Positions 12,452-23,805 of a stretch of DNA of 64,000 nucleotides are shown piece after piece. Source of the DNA: Entomortierella parvispora E1425. Taxonomy: Eukaryota > Fungi > Mortierellomycota. The DNA is taken from NCBI GenBank assembly GCA_020891255.1, contig BQFW01000015.1:310001-374000 (forward strand), in the 5' to 3' direction. The notes beneath the pieces were generated by a model that ran no database searches, was not told the origin of the DNA, and saw nothing but the letters and a program-made list of their open reading frames with translations. The translations under genes and the position numbers were made by a program. The first letter of the stretch is position 1, and each line of letters starts with the position of its first letter.

Positions 12452-12581
12452 TTTACATCAGCACCTCTCCCACCGCCCTCACACCCTCACACCCTCGTTC
12501 CCGCCCTCCTCTCCCTACGCGCCCCCTCACAGTCTTCTACAGACCCCTTTCTCCCGCCTCCATCAAAACTAGACCTTCACC

Positions 12582-15313
12582 ATGAAGATCACCACCATTC
12601 TCTCGGCCCTTGTCGCCGCAACCCTGGTCTCTGCTGGAAAGTTCCACCAGGTCAAGACTGGAAAGACCAACATTCTGCCTAACGCGTTCATCATCGAGTA
12701 TGAGAAGGGCGTTACCCACGCCGACGCTCACACGGGTCTCCACAGCCACGCTGTCGATTACAAGGTCCGCAACGAGTACAACATCTTCAACGGTGCTTCC
12801 ATCACCGTTAACTCCGGTCATGACGGACATGCATTGGCCAAGATTCCCGGTGTCAAGAATGTCTGGCACGTCTCCCTGTACTCGGCACCCAAGACTGAGA
12901 AGGTCACTGCTAAGAAGACCGATCCTCTTGCTACCTCGGACCACCATATGACCGGTGTCGATGTCCTTCAGGAGAAGTACAAGTTGACCGGTAAGGGTAT
13001 CAAGATCGGTGTCATTGATACCGGTATTGATTACAACCACCCTGCCTTCGCTGCCAAGGGTGCCACCAAGGGATGCTTTGCCCGCAACGGAAAGAACTGC
13101 CGTATCGCCCACGGTTGGGACTTTGTTGGTGATGCCTACACTGGATACAACACCCCTGTCCCTGGTGATGATCCCATGGATTGCTTCGGACACGGAACCC
13201 ACGTTGCCGGTATCATTGGTGGTAATGCCATGGACATCAAGGTCAACCCCAAGCCCCCACGACCCTTTATTGGTGTCGCTCCCGAGGTCACCTACGGTGC
13301 TTACCGTATCTTTGGATGCAACGGTAGCTCTGGTGAAGATGTTATTCTTGCTGCTATGGAGCTGGCCTTCAACGATGGCATGGATGTAAGTCTCGCGCCT
13401 CTATCACCTTTTCTTCACATGGTCCAATTGCTCTCGCCCCTTCATTTCGCCTGATAGGTCATCCCAACGGATCATGGCCACAAATATCCAAATCTGATAA
13501 TTTTTGCTGTGTGACCCTACCCCCTTAGATCATCAACATGTCCCTTGGAGGAGGATCTGCCTACAAGGACAACCCGACCGCTGCCTTGGCCGAGACCTTG
13601 ATCGCCAAGGGTATGGCCTTGTCCGGCGCTGCCGGTAACGACGGTGCCTCTGGTATCTGGATGGTCTCTGACACTGGTCTCGGTGACCATGCCACCTCTG
13701 TCGCCTCTTTCGACAACATGTACGACTACTACAACTACATCACCTATGGAGGTGTCAAGATGCCCTTCACTGTTTCTGAGGCCTATGCCAAGCCTATCAC
13801 CCTTCCCAACACTTTGCCCATTGTTCCTCTTTTGGATGCCAAGGGTAACCTTTTGGACGGATGTGACCCTGCTCAGTACACTGCCGTCGGCAGCCTCAAG
13901 AACAAGATTGTTGTTGCTCTCGGTGATATCACTCGCTGCCTGTCTGGTGGACGTGGTGCCAACGCCCAGAAGGCTGGCGCCACCGGTATGATCATCGTCT
14001 CTGACGATGTTGGAATCGATTCCTTGGGAGGTGTTGCTGGTTTGCCCATGGCCTCTATCTCGAATGCTGATGGTATGACCATGTTGGCCACCTACGCCAA
14101 GAACAAGAAGGACGCTGTTTCCTGGTCCAAGGATCAGGGTCCCTTCATCATTGACAACTCTGGTGCTCCCTCTAGTTTCTCATCCTTCGGTTTGGACGGT
14201 GATCTCCGCTCCAAGCCCGATATCGGAGCTCCCGGTGGAAACATCTTGTCGACCTACCCTCTTGCCCTCGGTGGTTACACTTTGATGTCTGGTACCTCCA
14301 TGGCCACCCCCTACATTGCTGGTTCCCACGCTTTGTACATGCAAGCTAAGCACGCCAAGCCCCTCGGCGGTGCCATCCGCCTGGCCTTGAAGAACACTGC
14401 CACCATCTCCAAGAACTGGCAGTCCAAGACCTTCACCTCTGCCGCCAAACAGGGTGCTGGTTTGGTCAACGTTCTTAACGCTGTCTTGGCCGAAGCCTCG
14501 ATTACCCCTGACCACATTGACCTCTTGGACTCTATCAACTTCCAAAAGACTGTTCACATCACCTTGAAGAATATTGGCAAGCACACCGAGACCTACACTC
14601 TCAAGAACGTTCCCGCTGACGGCCTTATCTCTTACTTGGGCAACAACACCTGGCCCTTGGGTACTCCTGAGATCGAGGCTACCTCTGCCTCTGTTACCTT
14701 CTCCCAGGAGAAGGTCAAGATCCCCGGTGGCAAGTCTGCCAAGATCACCCTTCACTTCAAAGAGCCCAAGACCAACTCCTTGTTCCCCATGTACTCTGGC
14801 TTCGTCGTTGCCACCCCCAAGACCAAGGGCGCCGTTGCCGTCCATGTTCCTTACATTGGTATGAAGGGTGATGTCCGCAAGGTTCCAATCATGGATACCG
14901 ACCACGGCTTCCCCCAGACCGCCCTTGCCAACTCCACTACCGTCCTTGGAAGTGCCCCTGCCAACCCTTACACCTACGATTTGGTCAACAACTTCCCCGC
15001 CTTCATCTCTCGCTTCGGTTCCCACACCCCCAACGCCGAGGTCCGTGTTCTCGACAGCAAGAAGAAGTTTGTTGGATACATTTCCTTTGGCGAGTCTGGC
15101 CGTCAGCCTTTGACTGATGAGAACGGCAACCCCGTCTTGAACGAGTACATCTGGAACGGTCAGGTCCAGACCATCCAAAACGCCACTGCTCCTGCCATCA
15201 CCGTTCCCGCTGGCACCTACACTATTGTCTTTGCCCAGCAACACAAGTTCTCCAAGGGCGAGTACCCCAAGGACTTTGAGATCTTCACCATGGACCCCGT
15301 TACCATTGCTTAA
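12582..15313 (+). CDS. Secreted S8A subtilase copy B, about 862 aa
   Basis: Exons 12582-13385 and 13529-15313. Motifs DTGID, HGTHVAG and GTSMATP intact; same intron position as A. Confidence 0.95.
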
Positions 15314-15987
15314 GCTCGATACATTTCCCCTTAATCGCATCCTCCATCCCATCCTCCTCCACAAAATACACTCTTTGATGCCCCCCCCCCCCATTGCCCT
15401 TTCCCTCAGATAGATGACTTTTAGAACCATTTTTTCAGATCCTAAAGAAACGCGTCTTTGAGAGAAACAACTATGGAAGTACCAAGGACTGAGTGGAGAG
15501 CCCGTATCTCAACTGTCGTACATCTCTTGACCTAGGCCCAGGTACTATCCTAGAATGGAAGTCCATGTTCAAGCCAGCCCCAAGGACCAACACGGGTTGA
15601 AAGCAGGACCAGATTGAAATATGTACTTGTTCAATGTTGAAAGAGCACTTGACGAGGGCGCAAAAAAGAAGAGGCATTTTACAGGTAAAATGATGAGGGC
15701 TCACAATCCGCTTGCCCTCGGATTTCTTGAAAGAATACAAATGTCCAGCTGGCTTCTATTCAGTGGATATAGCAATTTCTCGTTGGTGAGGGTGTGCAGC
15801 TGTGCCTTCGAACCCCTCGGGTTCACATCCGTGGTAAACCTTGGTCTGCTGGGAACCGCCGTCCTGATTGGAAAATGGGGGATGCAGGGCGCAATCCAGG
15901 GTCGGGGATAGCGGACTCACCGAGGCTGTAGTGGATTGCCAATCCACGAGATCCAGGAAAACCAGGTACGCACGAGTGCCAAAATTG

Positions 15988-16053
15988 TATAAATACCCCA
16001 CCACGTCTTCTTTTCTACCTTTTTTTTTCTGTTTCTTCAGCCATCCAGGACTC
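15988..16053 (+). promoter_or_regulatory. Core promoter of subtilase C: TATAAATA plus CAGCCATCCAGGACTC motif
   Basis: TATAAATA at 15988-15995 and motif at 16038-16053. Confidence 0.6.
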
Positions 16054-16190
16054 TTTCCACATCCCTACCTCCTCCCGCCCTTCCTAACCTTTGTCACCTC
16101 ACCCACCTCATTTTCCCCCCCTTCCCTCCCTTCCGACCCTAATCCCCACACGTCTGTTCAGACCCTCACTCCTGTCTCTCATATACCACC

Positions 16191-18886
16191 ATGAAGATCA
16201 CCTCCACCATCCTCTCTATCCTCGCTGCGGCCTCTTTGGTCTCTGCTGGCAAATTCCACCAGGTTAAGCCCGGCAAGACCAACATTGTTCCCAACGCCTA
16301 CATCATTGAGTACCACGAGGGATTCACCCATGCTGATGCCCACAACGGTCTCAAGACCCACGCTGTTGACTACAAGGTCCGCAATGAGTACAAGATTTTC
16401 AACGGTGCCTCCATCACCGTTCACTCTGAGCACGATGGACATGCTTTGGCTAACGTCCCTGGTGTGAAGAACGTCTGGCACGTCTCAGTCTACGACATGC
16501 CCAAGTCGCAGAAGGTCACTGCCAAGGCCACTGACCCAGCATCCATTTCTGATCACCACATGACCGGAGTGAATGTCCTTCATGACAAGTACAAGCTGAC
16601 CGGTAAGGGTATCAAGGTCGGTGTCATTGATACCGGTATTGATTACAACCACCCTGCCTTTGCGGCCAAGGGGGCCAACAAGGGCTGCTTTGCTCGCTAT
16701 GGTAAGAACTGCCGTATCGCCCACGGTTGGGACTTTGTCGGTGATGATTACAACGGTGGTAACACTCCCAAGGCTGACGCCGATCCCATGGATTGCGCTG
16801 GTCACGGTTCCCACGTCGCTGGTATCATTGGTGGCAATGCCTTGGACATCAAGGTCTCGCCCAAGCCCCCACAGCCCTTTGTTGGTGTCGCCCCCGAGGT
16901 CACCTTCGGAGCCTACCGTATCTTTGGATGCAAGGGTGGTACTGGAGACGATGTTATTCTTGCTGCCATGGAGCTGGCCTTCAACGACGGCATGGATGTA
17001 AGTGGTCGCGTTTTTTTTCCCATCTGTCCCTGAAGATTTTTCTTTTTTCCATGTTTCCTCGCATGCTAATAGTCGCTTTTCTCTGATCACAACCATAGGT
17101 CATCAACATGTCTCTCGGTGGCGGCTCTGCTTATAAGGAAAACCCCACTGCCGCCTTGGCCGAGACTCTGATCGCCCGCGGTATGTCGTTGGCTGCTGCC
17201 GCCGGTAATGACGGTGCCAACGGTGTCTGGATGGTCTCTGACTCTGGTCTCGGTGACCATGCTACTTCTGTTGCCTCGTTCGATAACCTGTATGTCTGGT
17301 ACCAAACTCTCGGCTACGGTGGCAAGCAGATGCCTTTCTCTGTTTCGGACACGTGGGGAAAGCAGATCCACCTGGACAACACCCTCCCCTTGGTACCCCT
17401 GTTGGACAAGTCTGGCAAGATCCTTGATGGATGCGACCCTGCCCAATACACCGCCAACGGTTCAGTCAAGGGAAAGATTGTCGTTGCTCTCGGTGATGTC
17501 ACTCGCTGCAAGTCTGGTGGACGTGGTGCCAACGCCCAGAAAGCCGGTGCTGCCGCTATGGTCGTCATCTCTGACGATGCCGGTATTGACGCCTTGGGTG
17601 GTGTTCCTGGTTTGCCTATGGCCTCTATCTCGAATGCTGATGGTTTGGCCCTTTTGGCTGCATACGCCAAGAACCCCAAGGCACCCGTCACTTGGTCCAA
17701 GGAGCAAATCCCTGTCCAGATTGACAACGCTGGAGCACCTTCTGGCTACTCTTCGTTCGGTTTGGACGGCGATCTCCGCTCCAAGCCCGACGTCGGAGCT
17801 CCCGGTGGAAACATCTTGTCTACCTACCCTCTTGCCCTTGGCGGTTACACCGTCATGTCTGGAACCTCCATGGCCACTCCTTATATTGCTGGTTCTCATG
17901 CTTTGTACATGCAAGCCAAACATGCCAAGCTCAATGGCGCTGTCGTTCGTCAGGCTTTCAAGAACACCGCTACCATCTCCAAGAACTACAAGTCGAAAAC
18001 TTTCACCTCTGCTGCCAAGCAGGGTGCTGGTTTGGTTAACGTTCTTAACGCCGTCTTGGCCGAGGCCTCGATCACTCCTGACCACATTGACCTCTTGGAC
18101 TCTGTCAACTTCCACAAGACCGTTCAGATCACCTTGAAGAACACTGGCAAGCACACCGAGACCTTCACTCTCAAGAACGTCCCCGCCGATGGTCTCATCT
18201 CCTACCAGGGCAACAACACCTGGCCCTTGGCTAACCCCGTCATCGAGGCTACCTCTGCCTCTGTCACCTTCTCGCAGAACAAGGTCAAGATCCCCGGTGG
18301 CAAGTCTGCCAAGATCACCCTTCACTTCAAAGAGCCCAAGACCAAGTCCTTGTTTCCCATGTACTCTGGCTTCGTCGTTGCCACCCCCAAGACCAAGGGC
18401 GCCGTCGCTGTTCACGTCCCTTACACTGGTATCAAGGGTGACATCCGCAAGGTCCCTATCATGGATACCGACCACGGTTTCCCCATGGCGTTCTTGGCTG
18501 ACAACAACGGTCAGCTCTCGGATGTCCCCAAGGGTGCTTTCACCTATGACCTCGTCAAATCTTTCCCTGCCTACGCCGCACGCTTTGGCTCCCACACCCC
18601 TAATGCCGAGATCCGTGTCCACAACGCCAAGGATGATTCCTTGGTTGGCTTCTTGAACTGGGGCCCCAACGGCCGTATGCCCTTGGCGGACGAGGACGGT
18701 AACCCCGTCTTGATCCAGTTCCCATGGAACGGAAAGGTTCAAGCTTCCATGAACGCCACTGCACCTTCGGTCACTGTCCCCGCTGGCACCTACACTGTCG
18801 TCTTTGCCCAGCAGCACAAGTTCTCCAAGGGCGTGTACCCCCACGACTTTGAGATCTTCAAGATGAAGCCCGTTACTATCGCCTAA
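16191..18886 (+). CDS. Secreted S8A subtilase copy C, about 864 aa
   Basis: Exons 16191-16997 and 17099-18886; intron 16998-17098. Catalytic triad motifs intact. Confidence 0.95.
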
Positions 18887-19202
18887 ATGGTTTTTAATGA
18901 ATGACTCGAAAACCTATACCCCTCCACCCAGTTCGTTTCCATCCACTCTATTCAGTCTAGAAATAAAATGAAGAAAATGTAGAGCATGCACGCGTTCCAT
19001 TTTCCTGTCTTCGATTGATGAGGTCGTGTGCCTGAGTCCACCCCACATTGACCCCACAAGAATCAGGAAAAAAAAAGGAAAACGTATGATTGATGTTTGT
19101 CTCCAGGACCTTTATCTTTAATATATGGGGGCTAATGAAAGACGTTAATGGGTGTGTGGGTGGGGGGTATGTTGTGAGGGGTTGTTGTTTTTCTCTAATC
19201 GT

Positions 19203-21934
19203 TTAAACAATGGTGATAGTGCCAACCTCGTAGACCTCATAGTCAGCGGGGAAGCTTCCCTTGGTGAACTTGCGCTGGGCAGCCACATCCAAGGTGTAGA
19301 CACCGGCGGGGACGACGGTGGGGGTCAAGGTCAAGTCCTCGTTGGCATAGACGGTACCATCCCAGACCCAAAGAGAGTTGGCCTTCTCACCAGTGTCCTC
19401 GTCAATGTTGGAGTCACGTCCACGGTAACCGAAACCGGCACCGAGGTTGATGGTGTTGATGAAACCGACAAACTTGTGCTTGGCATCCCGAACACGGATC
19501 GTAAAGTCGGGCGAGTGGGATCCAATACGGGTCACGATCGTAGGGAGGTACTTGTTGAGGTCAAACTTGAAGTTCTTGGGGAGATTGTACAAGTCGCCGC
19601 TCTCAATCTCGTACACAGCGGGGAAGGGAGTGTTCTCGGTGTCGATAATGGGGACCTTGGAGATGTCACCCTTGACACCGACGTAGGGAACATGGACAGC
19701 AACACCGTTCTTAGACTTGGGGGTAGCAACCACAAAGCCAGAGTAGATGGGCCACTGGGAAGCCTTGCCCTTGGAAGGCTCGGTGAAGTGAACGCTCACC
19801 TTGACAGTCTTGCCAGCAGCAATCTTGACAGTCTTGGAAGAGAAAGAGACCCCGGCATAGTCGGCCTCAATGACGGGGATAGGGTTAGGGAAGGAGTTGT
19901 TCGAGCTGTACGAGTTGTAGGCATCAGCGGTCTCATGGGAGAGAGTATAAGTCTCGGTGTGTTTACCCTCGTTCTTGATCGAGATGGTGGCCTTCTTGAT
20001 GAAGTGCCTGGTATCCAAGAGATCAATGTGGTCGGGGGTAATGGAGGTTGTAGTCGTGATGGCGTTCAAGACGTTGATCAAACCAGCACCCTGCTTGGCA
20101 GCAGAGGTGAAGGTCTTGGAGCCGTAGTTCTTGGAGATGGTGGCGGTGTTCTTGAAGACCTTGCGGATTACATCACCATGGGGCTTGGCGTGCTTAGCCT
20201 GCATGTACAAAGCGTGAGCACCAGCGACGTAGGGGGTAGCCATGGAGGTACCCGACATCAAGGTGTAGCCACCGAGGGCAAGAGGGTAGGTTGACAAGAT
20301 GTTTCCACCGGGAGCACCGAGATCGGGCTTGGAGCGGAGCTCACCGTCAATACCTATAGAGGAGAAGTCAGAAGGAGCTCCACCACCCTCGACGGCAAAG
20401 AGGGCCTCACCCTTGTTCCAGGTAAAGGTAGCCTTGGGGTTCTTCTTGTAGGTGGCAAGGAGGTCCAAACCAGCCTGGAACTCGATGGAGCCCATAGGGA
20501 CACCAGCGAGACCTCCAATGGCAGCAATACCGAAAGGAGTGGTCTGGATCAAGATGGCTCCAGCACCGGCATCCTTGGCGACGCCAGCACGTCCACCAGA
20601 CTTGCAGCGAGTGACATCACCGAGGACAAGGACGACCTTGCCCTTGACATTCACGCCAGCGTAGCGGGCGGGGTCGCATCCGTCAGAGAGGGAGCCATCC
20701 TTCTCGTAGATGGGGACCAAGGTCGCGGAGGCTGGGACAGCGGGCGACGCAATGGGCTTGCCATAAGCATCAGCAATTCCGTATGGGTGGGCAATCTTGT
20801 CACCGTAGGTGAAAGAGTTGTAGCTGACATACTGGTTATCGAAGGAGGCAACTGAGGTGGCCTTGTCGCCGAGACCGGTGTCAGAGACCATCCACACGCC
20901 CTCAGAACCATCGTTACCAGCAGCACCAGCCAAGGCCATACCGCGAGAAATGAGCTTCTCGGCCAAGACGGCAGTGGGGTTGTACTTGTAGGCAGAGCCA
21001 CCACCGAGGGACATGTTGATGATCTAAAAAAAAAATGAGTCAATGGGACATTAGTCAAAAGTGCAAGTGGGCCCGCGCGCGACACATCTGTGCAACATTA
21101 GAGATGGTAGGAAATGATTCTTACATCCATGCCATCGTTGAAGGCTAGCTCCATGGCAGCAAGAATAACATCATCACCAGCGCTACCCTTGCATCCAAAG
21201 ACACGGTAGGCTCCGAAAGTGACCTCGGGGGCGACACCAACAAAGGGCTGTGGGGGCTTGGGCGAGACCTTGATGTCCAAGGCATTGCCACCAATGATAC
21301 CGGCAACGTGAGAGCCGTGACCAGCGCAATCCATGGGATCGCCATCGGGCTTGGGGGTGTTTGAACCAGTGTAGTCATCACCGACAAAGTCCCAGCCGTG
21401 CGCAATACGGCAGTTCTTGCCATAGCGAGCAAAGCAGCCCTTGTTGGCGCCCTTGGCGGCGAAAGCAGGGTGGTTGTAATCAATACCGGTATCAATGACA
21501 CCGACCTTGACACCCTTACCGGTCAACTTGTACTTCTTGTGAACAACATCGACACCAGTCATATGGTGATCAGAGGTCACCTCGGGGTCCGTGGCTTTCT
21601 TCTTGGACTTTTCAGTCTTGGGCAACTCATGCTTGGAGACATGCCAAACATTCTTGACACCGGGGACCTTGGCCAAGGAGGCACCGCCGTGGTTGGACTT
21701 GACGGTCAAGGAGGCACCGTTGAAGATGTTGTACTCTGTGCGGACCTTGTAATCGATCTTGCGAGAGTTGATCGCGTTCTGAATATCCCTGTGGTTCGCA
21801 CCAGTCTCATACTCGATGATGAAGGCGTTGGGGATAATCTGGTGCTCTTTGCCCTCCATGTGCTGGTGGAACTTGCCGGCAGAGACCAAAGAAGCTGCGG
21901 CCAAGGCCGACAGGATGGTAGCAGTGATTTTCAT
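19203..21934 (-). CDS. Secreted S8A subtilase copy D, about 876 aa (more divergent C-terminal domain)
   Basis: Exons 21934-21125 and 21023-19203; intron 21124-21024. Triad motifs intact. Confidence 0.95.
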
Positions 21935-22069
21935 TTAGAGGAGTGTGCTTTGACGCGATTAGAGAAGAGGGTAGAAGGGGATACGTCTGTAGAAGACTGT
22001 GAGGGAGGTTTGCGGTGAGAGAGGAGGAGGAGGAGTGGGCGGAGGATGAAGGGTGTGTATGTAAAAATG

Positions 22070-22127
22070 GAGTCCTGGATGGCTAAAGAAAAAAAGAAAA
22101 AGAAGCCAGCGCATCGGACAATTTATA
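22070..22127 (-). promoter_or_regulatory. Core promoter of subtilase D: TATAAAT plus TAGCCATCCAGGACTC motif
   Basis: TATAAAT at 22127-22121 and motif at 22085-22070. Confidence 0.6.
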
Positions 22128-23556
22128 GTGAAAACGGGGAGGATCTCGAGAATGCCGTCTTTCCCGGTAAAGCAGCATAATTGTGTCCTACAGCAGCGCG
22201 CGCTAGCAGAAGGCAGGTCTCGCCCCTGGCATGGGCTGCTCACCCCGGGTTGAGACCGTTAGGCTGAAAGTCTCCAAGCTTGAATGCATGGCACCATGTG
22301 AGGAGGAGTCACTTGTCGACCCAATCAAGTATGTCCATGCCTGGCTCTCTTTGTTGATGGCAAGGTTCACTAACCTTGTTGAAACAAAAGGACTCTTTCC
22401 CATCGGCCTCGACGCATTCGCAAGAGGTCGAATTTCCTTCTACCCTCAAAGCGGGCTCAAAAGGGACTGACAACAGGTCCTGCACCTTGACTGGGTCCTC
22501 TCTGGCGAAATTCTATTTCTTGAGAGCTTCATTCATTTTTTTTTTCTTTCTGCATGACCATGCAAGAATAGCTTACAGACACGAAGGGAGACGTCAACTT
22601 TGTCGGTTTGCAGTTCATGAGAAGAGATAGTGATAAACTAAGCAGGTCGTCACCTTCGATCGAGATGGCGAATGAGTGCAAAGGGAGATACCCTCTAGTG
22701 TATCTGACTACCAAAGCTGTCTCAGTCTTGGCTTGCCTTCACTCTCGCTCTCTTTCTCTATCTACAAGTTGCAGTTGAGCATCAAGAAAAAGGGGGGAGG
22801 GGAGGGGAGGACAGCATCTTCATTACTGGGCGCACGGAAGATTACTGTTTTTCTCAGGAACACAAACAGGCACAACAACCGTTGTGGTGTGTCCCTCTTC
22901 GACCTTCATTTGGCCAGCACGCAATAAACAAAACGCAGTTCCCACAGACTTAAGTTTGTTGACTCTCTCTCTCTTTCTCTCTCTCCCTTTTAATGTGTTC
23001 CCAGGGAAAGTCCCTAGTCAGTGGTCGTATTTTATCCGGGCTAAAGAGAGAGCATGGACACATCTTGGACCGATAAACAAATAAGAAAAAACCGTGGACT
23101 TTGTTCAATCTGTCTGTCATGGCTCTCATTCTAGAATTCCAGCAGAACTCTCAGAAGGAACAAATTTACCCAGGGTCTGTGGGAGAGTCCCAAGGATTGG
23201 GTCTCTTGCATCTTGTACGACCAACATCGCCCGCGCAGCGCTTGCTGTTCGCGGTGCTTTCTTACCCTTCTACATTCCATACTGGACAACCGATACGTAT
23301 GCATAGCCTTTTTCATCTTGACTTCCCATAAAACGCGCGTGTGAGGCAGCCCATGCCTTCATCGATGGAACAACTTGGATCCTGGGATCTTCTCTTTAAA
23401 GTTAATGCATGGTCTCCACCTTCTCATCCAGCTCTGTGCCACCTTTAGCCCACAGGCTTATCAACCCCCGATCCGTCCTAGGATACGCGACCAATTGTTC
23501 CTCGCGAGGACTCGAGACTCTTACCCGCTGAACATCCAGGCGCGGATGACAGCGGC

Positions 23557-23587
<31 letters not shown>

Positions 23588-23805
23588 CAGGCCTTAGTCA
23601 AGAGAGAATGGTCAATGGTCAAAAATCAGGCAAGCTCGCATCAGTTGCATTCATGGAAACAGAGGTTTGGATTCTAAGAGTGCTCTTCGTGAACTTCTTT
23701 AATTTGTAAAAGGGCATGAGAAGATTTGTAATAGGGGGAGCCAAGGAGGAAGAAAAGGGGGAGGGGATGAAGGAGGGTATATGAAAAAACTCTCATGACA
23801 GTGCT

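Noticed and set aside
10145-13454. Identical C-terminal peptide VSLAPLSPFLHMVQLLSPLHFA in ORFs 10145-11020 and 12582-13454
   Set aside because: Read-through into the intron, not protein. Its identity is the intron-identity finding reported above.
8175-20294. Long antisense ORFs over the subtilases (414, 416, 460 and 380 aa) and alternative-frame Ser/Pro/Thr-rich ORFs
   Set aside because: Shadow ORFs produced by strong C-ending codon bias of the real genes; they recur in each paralog and carry no motifs.
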